Positions 1 through 13,345 of a stretch of DNA of 64,000 nt are shown piece by piece. A program made the position numbers and the translations under genes. Within the stretch, counting starts at the first letter, position 1; each line of letters begins with the position of its first letter. The notes below the pieces were generated by a model. The model was not told where the DNA came from, did no database searches, and was given only the letters and a program-made list of their open reading frames with translations. The stretch spans positions 37,200,138 to 37,264,137 of the forward strand of contig NC_057719.1 of the NCBI RefSeq assembly GCF_004010195.1, in the 5' to 3' direction. The stretch comes from Chiloscyllium plagiosum. Taxonomy: Eukaryota.

Positions 1-170
1 AGTCGGTGGGTTTGTAGAAGATGTCAGTGTCAAGTCGGTCGTCACTGATGGAGATGGAGAGGTCCAGGAAGGGGAGGAAGGTGTCAGAGATGGTCCAGGT
101 AAATTTAAGGTCAGGGTGGAATGTGTTGGTGAAGTTGATGAATTGCTCAACCTCCTCGCGGGAGCACGAG
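1..170 (-). mobile_element. Penelope-like element RT fragment (runs off window start; abuts a CR1 copy)
   Basis: Reverse complement translates to SCSREEVEQFINFTNTFHPDLKFTWTISDTFLPFLDLSISISDDRLDTDIFYKPTD, with the FT..S...LPFLD...TD.FYKPT signature of PLE RT C-terminal motifs. Confidence 0.85.
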
Positions 171-903
171 GGTAAGGCCCTAGGGAGTGTTGCTGAACAA
201 AGAGACCTTGGAGTGCAGGTTCATTGATCCTTGAAAAGTAGGTAGATAGGATAGCGAAGAAGGCGTTTAGTATGCTTTCCTTTATTGGTCAGAATATCGA
301 GTACAGGAGTTGGGAGGTCATGTTGCGGTTGTACAGGACATTGGTTCGGCCACTATTGGAATATTACTTGCAGTTCTGGTCTCCTTCCTATCAGAAAGAT
401 GTTGTGAAACTTGAAAGGGTTCAGAAAAGATTTACAAGGATATTGCCAGTGTTGGAGCATTTGAGCTATAGGGAGAGGCTGAACAGCATGGGACTATTTT
501 CCCTGGAGCGTTGGAGGCTGAGGGGAGACCTTATGGAGGTTTACAAAATTATGAAGGGCATGGATAGGATAAAGAGACAAAGTCTTTTCCCTGGGATCGG
601 GGAGTCTAGAACTAGAGGGCATAGGTTTAGGGTGAGAGGGGAAAGATATAAAAGAGACCTACGGGGCAACTTTTTCACACAGAGGGTGGTACGTGTATGG
701 AATGAGCTGCCAGAGGATGTGGTGGAGGCTGGTACAATTGCAACATTTAAGAGGCATCTGGATGGGTATATGAATAGGAAGGGTTTGGAGGGATATGGGC
801 CAGGTGCTGGCAGATGGGATGAGATTGGGTTGGGATATCTGGTCGGCATGGACGGGTTGGACCAAAGGGTCTGTTTCCATGCTGTACATCTCTATGACTC
901 TAT
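171..903 (+). mobile_element. CR1 LINE family A, 5'-truncated 3' fragment
   Basis: ORF2 C-terminus (LYRTLVRPLLEY..QFWSP, LFSLERWRLRGDL, FFTQRVVRVWNELP) and ctatgact-type tail. Confidence 0.95.
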
Positions 904-1851
904 AATGGTAAATGTATTATGGTCTCAGCTGATGGTAATATTGGACAAGTCAAATCGTAGAGTGATATACCATAAGTTTTATTTTTCTTTTCGATTATCA
1001 TGGAGGTCAGACACTGAACATATTCACAAGAAGCTGTCTGTGTACGGTATAACAAAATAAACGTTTGTGATACAAAAGAAAAACACAGAAACTTAAACTT
1101 AATATTGGAACAATCTTATTGCAGATAGCAGAGAGGAATGGTCATCCTTTTTATTTCAGCAATAACCAGCAAACACTCAAGCCACAAATATTACCCATAT
1201 CCATGCTAAAGCGTCTTGCTTACCTGACACAACTATAATCCATTTCCTATCAGCAGATTTCTGAGGACTTACACAATGCTATTTTCTTTTGTTAATGTCT
1301 CTACCAGAGACGCTTAAAGCAAACTGATAATTAGGCTCATTTATGCTTATATTGTTCTTAATCCCTTGATAGGAGCAACCTTTCTCTCTGACAGTTCCTT
1401 AGCCACTTGCTTGCTGAGCCTTCTCCTTAGTGACTTCTGAACAATTCAGAAGTTGGCACAATCCTGATTGTTAAGAGCTTGCTAATAACAGCACCTCTGC
1501 TGTTAAAGACCTCTTCTCATTTGCTTCTTGCCTTTTTCTCTCCATCTCTGGATTATAAAAGTCAGGTCAGTGACTATCATAGCAAATATCTCCATACGTT
1601 GGATTTAGCTGAAATCACATGCTGTAGACTCTCTCAATGTTCAAAGTGAATTTCTGACCTTTATGAAAGACAGATTTTCACAGAACTGAAAAAAACTATA
1701 ATCCATTTTTCTCCACTTTAAAACACAAGTCCACAAATAATATTATGCATTTTCAAAACAAAAGGTACCCAAGTTCAAAAACATTGTTCCTTTATAAAAT
1801 CTTCAAACAAAATTCTATTAGACTCAGACTCTTAGAAGCAATTCTAACTTT

Positions 1852-2179
1852 ATTTATTCACTCACAGGATGACAGCATCACAGGCTAGGCAAGCAGTTAC
1901 TGCCCATCCCTAATTATCCAGAGGACAGGTAAGAGTCAACCACATTGCTGTGGGTCAGGTGTCACATGTAGGCCAGACCAAACAAGGAAGGCAGCTTCCT
2001 TCCCTAAAGGTGAACCAGATGGGTTTTTCGACAATGGACTCATGGACAACGTTGGACCCTTAATTCCATTTTTTTTTGGTAAATTCAAATTCACCGTCTG
2101 CCATGATGGGATTCAAATCTAATGCCCTGAAAATGACCTGGGTTGCTGGATTTACAGTCCAGTGATAATAGCACTGGGC
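1852..2179 (-). mobile_element. tRNA-derived SINE sharing its 3' tail with LINE family C
   Basis: B-box-like head on minus strand; body homologous to the copy at 50885-51265; aattagggatgggca tail. Confidence 0.75.
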
Positions 2180-4062
2180 AGATAAAAGCTCACCATATCC
2201 TAAAGGAATCTCAAAAGAATAATTAAGAAATAATCTTAATTTATACGCCATTATGTGAAAGAGAGAAGAATCTATACAGAGTGTTGAACTCCACTTTTGC
2301 AAAGCCAGAAGAGTCAAAATAATACAAATGTAAGACCTTTTCATTGAAATTTCAGGAATATTGAGAAACTCTCCAAAACATCTCAAATGCAATTTTCTCC
2401 CAGTTGAGGAGATATTTTACCTTGAGGCTTTAAGGTTAAACTCTAAATGTTGATAGCTTTTCTGTTCTTCGATTTTATTAGATATTCTATTCTTATGCAT
2501 TCATAGATAATTTTGAATGATTATAAATAACATTAAAATGGATTCCATTAACTTTGATAATACATGTTTTGGCATTGCCATAAACCTATCCAGTTAAAGT
2601 ACAATGCTTGTTAATTTCTGTTATTAAAATTGTAAACTCAGCAAATTGCCTCATTTAAGATTTTCTTTTGCGCTACAACTAGAATAAACACAAACACCTT
2701 ATTCATTTCCTTTAGTGGGGAAGTGTATTTTATGAATAGAAAAATCACAGACTCTTAAAATATCTGTATATTTACAGCATAGCTCAGGCTTAATAAAATT
2801 AAACAGGCTCTAAGGAGGCTGGCAACATTCCTGGGCAGCTTCCATTCCTGTGGGACGATTATGCAAATCTTACAAACACAAAAATTCAAATGCTTGTGAA
2901 ACTGACTGGCTTGAAATCAGCAGACAGACATTACCAAAGAAATACGCCTGATCTAAGCTTGCAGTAAAAGTTAAAATCTACAATCACTTCAGCATTTCAC
3001 CAAAAAATCCAGTTTTTCCCCCTTCAAAAGCCAGAAATGTATATGAATTATTGGCTCATCCAGGACACTCAATCAAGTTGCATCATAGGTGAAGGCGGAA
3101 ATGGGTGATGGGTAAAGTGGGAACTAAATTGGCATACTTATATGAGGCGCCTAGGGTGAGTGGGGGACTGGGGTGTGGAGGACGAGGTGTGTAGAGATAG
3201 GTCATTAGGTTGCATAAGTTGGCGTTGCTGGGTTACTGGTGTGTGAGAGAGTGAAGCAGAGTGAATCAGTGTGAGGGGTGAGTGCTAGAGGAACCTTTTA
3301 TATTTCTTCCATCTTGACTGGAAACATGCATTCTTTAGGATAGCAGAAGGCATATAATGTGTAAAATGCATATAAACACATTGGGACTTGCAAAGTTGGA
3401 AACAAACTGACCCCAAAAAGACTACAGTTAAAAAAAACTGAGTGTATTTGAATGTGTCTGACTATGTAGGTTTTCTACACAATTAATTTCCCAAATTATC
3501 ATTTTCACAAGGTACCTATTAATGGACAGATCTACCTATGTATTGAATGGAAATGTTTAGTTATTTGATGTTTTTAAGTTCTTGAATGAGATGTTGTTGA
3601 GAAAATGTTGTCATCCAAAAGTGAAATGTTTATTTAGATGTGACATTGAACAATTAAGTTCAATCTTTGTTTTCATTACGTATCTGTTTGTGCAATCTCA
3701 CCGCAATACATAGTTTGTTTTGTATCAGCGAGAGCGTGCTTGTTTTTTTCCCCAATGGTGGCACAACCAATAACTTTAATTATGAAGCATCAGGGCAGGG
3801 AATAATGCCCATGTTGGATAAGAGATGAGTTAGCATGGTGCAGGAATGCTAAAGAAAGTAGGTGGGAGACAAGTTGGCATTAATTGGGCATTATATCATA
3901 AAAGAACTGGATATGATTGGGGGCTAATAGAATCTGAGGGGCCCTGAGACATTGATAGAGTGGCATGGGGTATGAAGAGTCATGGGGATGAGGTAGATGG
4001 ACATTGGGTGGCACAGAGGATGAGGGGTCATGGGTGGCTATAGTAGCATAGTCACAGGTAAG

Positions 4063-4344
4063 TGTTATGGACCAGACCAAACCCCCTCAAAATATATTAA
4101 GAAGTTAGCTTAGACCCTAATCTTTTCTTACCTAAAGGTAAGTGTATTCCAGATTCAATTTGATTGGTCAAACTACTCCAGTTTAAGCAAAACTCATTAT
4201 TTTTACACTACAGTTAAAATACATGCAAAATAAAAAAGAATTGGCTTAACTGTAACTATCAAAATACTTAACAAAATAATATATACATTAACTACTACTA
4301 ATTAACAGCTAATGTATTACCAACTAAAACCTAGTATTGTCACA
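4063..4344. mobile_element. Putative (internally deleted) solo LTR
   Basis: AT-rich block starting TGTTATGG and ending GTCACA inside a purine-rich repeat; no TSD found. Confidence 0.4.
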
Positions 4345-4659
4345 TGGGACATAGAGAATGCGGGGATGAGAGCAGGAGGGATGTTATCTGCTTAAATCTT
4401 TATTTTATTGTTTCACTTTGATCACAGTGCCAGAGTCCCTAGGTAGACATTCCATCCAGTAGCCTTTCAGTTCTTCTTGGGTCACCTGGCCTGACCGAAG
4501 TCTGCAAAATGGGTAGCCATTTTTACAGGGTCATAATCGTGGAGCTGGGATTTCCTCAGCAGGCAGATTGTTGAGGATGAGATAAAGTATGCCTTTCTCT
4601 CTCGTTGGTTCCTCACCCTCCTGCCACAGATCCAGGCCAACAGTTATGTCCTTTAGGAC

Positions 4660-4830
4660 CCAACTAGCTCGGTTAGTAAGGGTGATGCTGAGCTACTCGT
4701 GGTAATAGACATTGAAGTCCCCCACCCAAATTATATTCTGTGTCCTTTCCACCCTCACTGCTTTCTGTATGTGGTGTTTCACATGAAGGACTATTGATTC
4801 ATTGGCCAATGGTAGAGGCAGGGCAGTATA
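4660..4830 (-). mobile_element. LINE APE endonuclease fragment (probably family C)
   Basis: Translates ..ANESIVLHVKHHIQKAVRVERTQNIIWVGDFNV.. (GDFN motif). Confidence 0.65.
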
Positions 4831-5245
4831 TGTCTTAGCAAAACTGTACCAAGTTAGCACTCTTTAAGATAACAAGGATTTTTTTTCAAAACAAAATGTT
4901 TTTAAAATTGCTGTTTAAAAATGCTACCTAATTGGGATGTTTCATGTCAGATATTCTATACAGCAGCAGAGAAATGAGTTTAACAGAAACTTCTAATCAC
5001 TTGACAATTTTGAGCACAATTTGCACACAAAGCACCATCTCTGATCTTTACTGCGACATTAAGCTGTAATATATGTTCCTTTGTTATATTTTTGTAATTA
5101 TTAAGATTTACACTATTCCCTAACTTGCTGGTAACAAACATTTGAAGTGCCAAGTGTTGCAACTAAGAAATTGTTGCCATATTTTAACCAAAAATGACTA
5201 CATGCCTGCATACTAATCACACCTTATCTTTCGTGAAATCCAGTG

Positions 5246-7162
5246 GAGTCATAGAGATGTACAGCATGGAAACAGATCCTTCAGTCCAACCCATCCATGC
5301 CGACCAGATCCCAACCCAATCTAGTCCCACCTGCCAGCACCCGGCCCATATCCCTCCAAACTCTTCCCATACCCATCCAAATGCCTCTTAAATGTTGCAA
5401 TTGTACCAGCCTCCACCACTTCCTCTGGCAGCTCATTCCATACACGTACCATCCACTGTGTGAAAATGTCTCTTTTATATCTTTCCCCTCTCACCCTAAA
5501 CCTATGCCCTCTAGTTCTGGACTCCCCAACCCCAGGGAAAAGACTTTGCCCATTTACCCTATCCATGCCCCTCATAATTTGTAAACCTCTATAAGGTCAC
5601 CCCTCAGCCTCTGACGCTCCAGGGAAAACAGCCCCAGCCTGTTCAGCCTCTCCCTATAGCTCAAATCCTCCAACCCTGGCAACATCCTTGTAAATCTGTT
5701 CTGAACCCTTCCTAGTTTCACAACAACTTTCCGATAGGAAGGAGATCAGAATTGCATGCAATATTCCAACAGTGGCCTAACCAATGTCCTGTACAGACGC
5801 AACATGACCTCCTAACTCCTGTACTCAACACTCTGACCAATAAAGGAAAGCATACTAAATGCCTTCTTCACTATCCTATCTCCCTGCGACTCCACTTTCA
5901 AGGAGCTATGAACCTGCACTCCAAGGTCTCTTTGTTCAGCAACACTCCCTAGGACCTTACCGTATAAGTCCTGCTAAGATTTAGTTTCCCAAAATGCAGC
6001 ACCTCGCATTTATCTGAATTAAACTCCATCTGCCACTTCTCAGCCAATTGGCCCATCTGGACAAGATCCTGTTGTAATCTGAGGTAACCCTCTTCGCTGT
6101 CCACTACACCTCCAATTTTGGTGTCATCTGCAAACTTACTAACTGCACCTCCTATGCTCGCATCCAAATCATTTACATAAAATGACAAAAAGTAGAGGAC
6201 CCAGCGCCGATCCTTGTGGCACTCCACTGGTCACAGGCCTCCAGTCTGTAAAACAACCCTCCACCACCACCCTCTGTCTTCTACCTTTGAGCCAGTTCTG
6301 TACCCAAATGACTAGTTCTCCCTGTATTCCGTGAGATCTAACCTTGCTAATCAGTCTCCCATGGGGAACCTTGTCGAACCCCTTACTGAAGTCCACATAG
6401 ATCACATCTACCGCTCTGCCCTCATCAATCCTCTTTGTTACTTCTTCAAAAAACTCAATCAAGTTTGTGAGAGATGATTTCCCACGCACAAAGCCATGTT
6501 GACTATCCCTAATCACGTTAGCCAACCTCCAGTCTTCCGGCACCTCACCTGTGACTATCGATGATACAAATATCTCAGCAAGAGGCCTAGCAATCACTTC
6601 TCTAGCTTCCCACAGAGTTCTAGGGTACACCTGACCAGGTCCTGGGAATTTGTCCCCCTTTACCCATTTCAAGACATCCAGCACTTCCTCCTCTGTAATA
6701 TGGACAATCTGCAAGATGTCACCAAGTATTTCCTTACAGTCTATATCTTCCATATCCTTTTTCACAGTAAATACTGATGCAAAATACTTATTTAGTATCT
6801 CCCCCATTTTCTGCGGCTCCACACTAAGGCTGCCTTGCTGATCTTTGAGGGGCCCTATTCTCTCCCCAGTTATCCTTTTGTCCTTAATGTATTTGTAAAA
6901 CCCATTGGATTCTCCTTAATTCTATTTGCCAAAGCTATCTCATGTCCGCTTTTTGCCCTCCTGATTTCCCTCTTAAGTATACTCCTACTTCCTTTAAACT
7001 CTTCTAAGGATTCATGATTTACATACGCTTCCTTCTTTTTTTTAACCAAACCCTCAATTTCTTTAGTCATACAGCATTCCCTAGACGTACCCACCTTTCC
7101 TTTCACCCTGACAGGAATATACTTTCTCTGGATTCTCATTATCTCACTTCTGAAGGCTTCCA
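5246..7162 (-). mobile_element. CR1 family A, 5'-truncated, disrupted RT with an internal deletion near 6515
   Basis: SQHGFVRGKS, VDVIYVDFSKGFDKVPH, SGVPQGS, KFADDTK motifs; tail at 5246; possible TSD tccagt. Confidence 0.95.
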
Positions 7163-7380
7163 GTAAGGTTAAAAGAGACAGCAGTAGAACAACTTTATGG
7201 TTTTTACTAAATGCATGACCACTGCCCTGGTCATAGCACAATTCACATTTTCACTACTGGCAGACATTCAAGCAAACATTACTAGAATTCAAGTTGCTTC
7301 AGGTGCCTTATTTAATAATAAATAATGACAGTACTCAGACTCAAGTGCATGTGGCATTTTAAAGATGCAAGTATGCTTTA

Positions 7381-7494
7381 ATGTTCCTATATCACAGTAG
7401 TGATGGCACTTCAAAAGTACTTGATTAGTTTTAAAGCACTTTGCTACATTCTGAGCTTGTACAAGACTCTACATTAATGGAAGCTCTTTTCTTT
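7381..7494 (+). mobile_element. DeuSINE/L2-type 3' tail fragment
   Basis: cacttcaaaagtacttgattagttttaaagcactttg resembles the tails at 16710-16800 and 32953-33036. Confidence 0.55.
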
Positions 7495-7980
7495 AATGTT
7501 TACAGGCAAATATACTTAATTAACATTAACCTGTCATCATCAGCCTTTCGTGCAGCTTTCCTTACAGTTAGAATGTAATATTTATTTCCAAATCTTGAAA
7601 AATCAAAGGATGCGATAGCTTCCCACCTTGAATCAAAATTATCATGGTAAAGTTTGAAATGTATCCTGCACAAAAATCATAACCTTTCCAAATTCAAAAC
7701 TCTAGGGCAAAGGAAGAATGTAGGAAAGTTTAAATCAGCAAGCTGCTTTTTTGTGCGGCTATGTTCAGAGATTAAGGAATCCTCGATTAAAAGTAGGCAG
7801 GCTTAAATTATTCCTGATTCCTTCATTTTCACAGTCAAACGAATTGCGCTGAAATGTGCCATAAATAATTGAGAAGCTTGATTCACAAAATCACCAAACA
7901 TTTTTCATCCTGAACCATGAAATATATTGTTTGCTAAGGTCTTAGAGATTAATCTGCATAGCTGCTTGTTCAATTTGGTT

Positions 7981-8197
7981 AGTAGACAAGCAGGAGGCTG
8001 GAAGAGCACAGCAAGCCAGGCAGCATCACAGGAGGTGGAAAAGTCCAACATTTCGGGTATAACCCTTCTTCCTTTCCTGAAGATGGCTTACACCTGAATC
8101 ATCGGACTTCTCTACCCCCTGATGCTGCCTGGCTTGCTGTGCTCTTCCAGCCTCCTCCTTGCCTACTTTGAATTCCAACAGCTGCAGTTTTTTTGTC
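7981..8197. mobile_element. Penelope-derived fold-back mini-element
   Basis: Inverted arms of about 90 bp (7981-8070 / 8076-8167); 14-bp TSD tgttca(a/c)tttggtt at 7967-7980 and 8198-8211; hammerhead remnants at the centre. Confidence 0.8.
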
Positions 8198-10879
8198 TGT
8201 TCACTTTGGTTGTCATAACTTGAATGGAATGGATATTTACTTTTCCGAGCAGGTTTTCATCAGCTAAAGCAGAACAGAAATAAATGTGTTTAAGTCTTTA
8301 TTTTCTCATCATGCTTTTGGTGGAGAACTTAAAAATGTTGAGCTGCAAAAAGGCACAAATACCAACTCTAGACATTATATACTGACAGATTGAAACACAT
8401 TAAAAAAGCTAAGGATTTACAAATGAATTAGCCTATATCTCTCCATTGAAAAAGATGGCATAAATCTCAAGAAAAGGAAACTTCACATGTCCTCCAGGTT
8501 AATCTGTCCAAGTACTGAATTCAACAGGATGAATCAACTCCCAAAGTAAAGCTCAGTGTGCGTAGATACAAGTAAAACAAAAATGACGCTTCCCTGAGGC
8601 GATCTCATGAACAAAAGACAATAATACTGTACTTCAAAAAGCAAGTCAGCTCTTTATAAATTAAGTGTGTCATGGGAGACACAAGGAATGAAGAAAGTAC
8701 TAGTATTTGTAAGATTGAGACACAGCTGTAACACATCATGATAGGAAAGCCATTCCTAGGTAAGATACCAACTGAGCGCTGAATTCATCAGTTATTTTAT
8801 AGTATTGCGAAATACCACATAGCAAATTCCTTCACTGAAATTAAAAATATCTTCTCAAAGAATATTTAAACATCACTGAATAGAGCAGACCCAAATGATG
8901 GAAGGAGATAAACTGTTGTTGAAGTTTAATACATGTACCAATCATAATCCTGGGCCAAAGGTTAATGATATATGTTTGGCCAGAATTAGTCTGTGAGAAA
9001 TTGGCACTCTTGTAATTGAGAACTGGAAAGTAAATCCAACTTAATGAAAGATCTTATGAAGATGAAATTCTATCTTAAGGATTTCCCGCAGCTACAGATG
9101 CTTTCTATGTTTTACAACTCTCAGGTCAGCTGTTAAGTCCAGTTAGCTCTTTTACTTCCAATAGGTGAAACTTCTAAGGTCTGGATATAACTGACCTCCA
9201 CGGGTATATTTAGTGACATTTGGAGGCTGTGAACATATCAGGTTGTTCTCATTTGCAGCCAGGCAGTAATGTGTTCTGTTTCAGGGGACTGTGCATTAAC
9301 TTTCTGGCTGATGATGGAAGAAAGCCAAGATGATAGGTATATCTCAGTTCTACAGGGTTTTATGATTGCTATGGTGTTACCACGCAGCTTCAACTTCAAC
9401 ATCAAACTACTAGGTAACACCCACAGAAAAGTTCCTGAAAGGAATTTGACACTGGGACTCATGTTTACTCCTGAAGCCCTTTTTTCCTTTCACGTGTAGG
9501 AGATATTTAGCCCCCACCAAGCACCTTCACTAAAAGATGAAAATAAAAACTTGCTTCCTCAAGCAAAAAATTGAGAGTTTGAATCTAATTACAAAGATTC
9601 TATAGCACAATGATATTCACAAAATGTGCAAATTTTCCATTTTGTTTCAAACTGCTGCCCATGTCATTGTACAAGAGTAGAACAGAATTGTTTTTGAGTG
9701 GCAATATAAATGATAATGAAAACTGCTAGAGAAACGCACTAATTAGAGTTTTAGTGAGGTACACTAAATCACCAAACCCTTACTTAAAACAAAAATGTTC
9801 TTTAACACTTAACACAATGGAAATTGTCATTGATAGCTGTAGTTTTTAAAATGCACAAGTGATTAGAATAAATGCATATTAACAGACTAACACATGTTCA
9901 AAACCATTTGCGTTGTCATCATTTTGAGTTTAAGTAAGTTCTCGATCATGGTGGTTTTTTAATTGGCATTTTAACTTGATTCTTGTCTTGGAATTCGCAG
10001 TGGAAGAAAAACAGAAAGGTACTGTCAGCAGTGTTGCACATTGATGATTTTAATTTTGTAGTCTGTTTCTCATCCCATGGGAGGGCAGGAACATGCAAGG
10101 GTTTTAAACCTGATCAGTGGAGGAAGGGGGAGGGTTACAAGTTAAATGTTGGGGTAGAAAGAGAAGTTTACTATTTCTCTTCAATTAAATCTGTTTTAAG
10201 TTTGATTTCTGATTTTCTTACAGATAGTAGACTAAGAAATTTGTCAAACTCCCCAGAAGGGTCAGCGTAAGGAAGACGTGCAAGTAGCAATTCAGTTTTC
10301 ATCTTTCACATAAATACTCAAAATCATATCCAAAACTTCTAAAAGCAGTTTGTTCTATAAAATCACTGATATTCAAAATTGTGAATATTATTCTGGTTTA
10401 GCTCACTATAAGAGGTTAGTGGTAAAGACCATCCCCTCGAGACTTGCTATCTTGTTGCGATATGATCAATTTGGTCTTAGTAGGGGTGTCTGTAACCCAT
10501 AAAGTCAAAAATTTAAGAAATACCAAAATCTGTGATTATCTGCCAAAAGATTGGCATTGTTTCTGTTGAAAACCATAAGCATCAGCCCAAAATCTACTGT
10601 AGCAGGATATGTGCCATTGGTTACACTTAACCTTATGATTTTAGATTGTTTTATTTTCTTTATGGCAAGTTGCTGAAATAGTGAGTTATGAATGACACAA
10701 TGAAAGAAATGGGCCATCTGGGACCAGGAGAACATTGTGCATCTCCTTAACCAAACAGTTTGAAAGAATAGAAAGCACCAAGAACTAAGAGAAGGAAGTG
10801 TGGAATAGCGTGAATTTAATGTCGAAATCAGATACAGAAAGAAAAACAAGGAGTGTCAATCAAACAAGTTATTACTTGA

Positions 10880-11612
10880 TTATTTATTATTTGAATGGTT
10901 GTAAACTGAGAAAAGGGAATGTTCAACAAGATCTGGGTATCCTCCTGCACCAGTTGCTGAAAGTAAGCACATGGGTGCAGCAGGCAGTGAAGAAGACAAA
11001 TTGTGTGTATACCTTCATAGCAAGAGAATTCAAGTTCAGGAACATGGATGTTCTGCTGCAATTATACAGGTCATGGCAATGCCACCTGGAATATTGTGTG
11101 CCACTTTGGTCTCCTTATCTGAGGAAAGATGGTCTTGCTATAAAGAGAATGCAGTGAAGGTTCACCACATTATTTCCTGGGATACCAGGACTGATGTATG
11201 AGAAGAGATTGAGTTAGTCAGGATTGTATTCACTGCAGAGTTAAGAAGAATAAGGGAAGATCTGATCGAAACTAATAGGATTCTAAAAAAACTAGACAGG
11301 TTAGATGCAGGAAGGATATTCCTGCTGGTGTGGTCATAGTTAAAGGAAAGGAGTAAACCTTTTACAACTAAGATAAGGAGAAATTTCTTCACCCAGAGCG
11401 TGGGAGGCCTGCACAATCCACTACCACAGAAAGTAGTTGAGACCAAAACATTATATATTTTCACGAGGAAGGTCCATATTGCTGTTGGGGATAAAGGAAT
11501 TGAGGGATTAGGGAATTGAGTTTAATGAGCTGTCATGATCATATTGAATGAGGGAACAGGCTTGAGAGGCCCAATGGCGTATTCCTGCTCCTAACTTCTA
11601 TGTGTTAGTGTT
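10880..11612 (+). mobile_element. Older CR1 3' fragment
   Basis: YYLNG..QQDLGIL..AVKK..LLQLY..HLEYCV.LWSPYLRKD plus a CR1-type 3' UTR. Confidence 0.85.
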
Positions 11613-11871
11613 TCAAATCTCCCACATCCCTTAAATTATATAGAAATTGTCTGTTGATTGAACTGCAATAACCATTCTTAAAGTTCAGCCAAGGATTTAT
11701 AATCATGCCACCTAACAACCATATCAGCAAAAGCGGATAGCTATTATTCCAGATTTATTTATTTGACATCACTAATATCTGGTAATAAGGTTTTTTTTTC
11801 CTCTAAAGAAGGTTGTGCATTTATTTGCACATGATTAAATGATATGAATTAAAGTTTCTGATATTGATACC

Positions 11872-13345
11872 ATGAACAGATGTTGAAACAGGAGTAGGCT
11901 ATTCAGCCCTTCAAGCCTGCTTCATCATTTAATATGCTCATGTCTGAACATTCAACTCAGTATCCTGTTCCCAGTTTTCCCCCATGTTGATCCTCTTAGT
12001 CATAACAACTATATTCATATCTTTTTTTCATAGATATTTTTATTGAAAAATAATTTTTTTAACATATTATTACAAACTTACAAAATATTACACACAAATA
12101 CAAACATTAATATATAATTGAATATTAAATAAATAATTACCAAAACATAGCAAAGAGAAAAGATAAAGAATAAAAAACACTCAACTAACTACTAATCCAA
12201 CCTATAACTAACCAGTATGTATAATAAAATATCTTACAAACATAATAATTAAATAATGGGGTACATGCTCAGAACAAATTAACATCAAGTCATAATAAAA
12301 CCCGTATTCATACGGGAGTCCTCCCCCGGGGGTCCCCAGACCAGCCAGAACCATTACCACAACTAGATAAAAGCCCTTGACAAAATGGCCCAAATACCTG
12401 TAACTATATAGTTCAGAAAGGGCTGCCATATTTTATAAAATAATTCAGTTTTTTGGTGCACCATATTTGTAAGGAAGTCAAGGGGAATGCATTCCATGAC
12501 CAACCTATACCAATTTGGAAGTCCTGAAAGGCCCTCAGCTACCCAGTTTACTAAGATATTTTTCCTTGCACAAAAGGAGAGAATGGAGAATAATTTCCTC
12601 CTGAGCACATCCAGGGAGGGCTCGAAAAGCCTAGGAGAAGAGATACTGGATCCACTCTAATTTCTACACACAAGATTTCTGTCAGAGCATTTGCTACTCT
12701 GACCCAATATTTGCAGATCTTGTGACATATCCATAAGCAATGTGTCAGAGTGCTGACCTCTATTTTACATTTAGGATACATTGGAGATGCTCCTGCCCTA
12801 AATTTTGCCAATCATTCCGGTGCTATATGAGTCCTATAGAGTATCTTTAATTGAGTAGCTTGGGTTATATTCATATCTTTATATTTTATATTCATATCTT
12901 TAAAGTCTTCAATGTTTTAACCTCAACAGTTTGTTGTGGCAGACTCCACAGGCTCATCACTCTTTAACTGAAGAGATTCCTTCACATTTCTGTCATATAA
13001 GGCCTACCCTTATTCTGTGACCAGGGTTCTGGGCTCCCTGGTCATCAAGAACATCTTTCCTGCATCTACCTGTCTAATCCAGTTAGAATTTTATAAGTTG
13101 CCATGAGATCCCCCCCATCATTCTTCTAAGCTCTAGTGAATACAGTCTGAACTGAATCAGTCTCTTCCCGTATGTCACTTGCACCATCCCAGGAATCAGC
13201 CTGGTAATACTTGTTTGCACTCTCTCCATAGCCAGAAAATCATTGTGCAGATAAAGGGGACCAAACTGTACACAATACTCCAAGTGTTGCCTTACCAGTG
13301 CCCAGCACAGTTGTAGCAAGACTTCCCTGAATCTATTCTCCAATC
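11872..13345 (-). mobile_element. Older CR1 3' fragment interrupted by L1
   Basis: ORF 13083-13343 LVRQHLEYCVQFGP..ERVQ..LYSLELRR; 3' UTR continues at 11872-12010. Confidence 0.85.
12025..12866 (-). mobile_element. L1-clade LINE 3' fragment
   Basis: ORF2 C-terminal Cys/His domain (PKCKIEVSTLTHCLWICHKICKYW), AATAAA plus A-tail on minus strand, TSD atattcatatcttt (12011-12024; 12867-12880 and 12888-12901). Confidence 0.85.

Noticed and set aside
272..1060. Longest ORF (262 aa) as a gene or domesticated RT fusion
   Set aside because: It is the CR1 ORF2 C-terminus reading through a lost stop (gactag->gatgag) into the tail and flank
1218..1320. Strong minus-strand donor CAG|GTAAGC at 1224/1223
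   Set aside because: No convincing acceptor or reading frame could be paired with it; other isolated donors (about 27975, 44755) likewise
7981..8167. Long hairpins as miRNA precursors, terminators or CRISPR repeats
   Set aside because: Explained by fold-back PLE-derived insertions with TSDs; no repeat-spacer array; eukaryotic DNA
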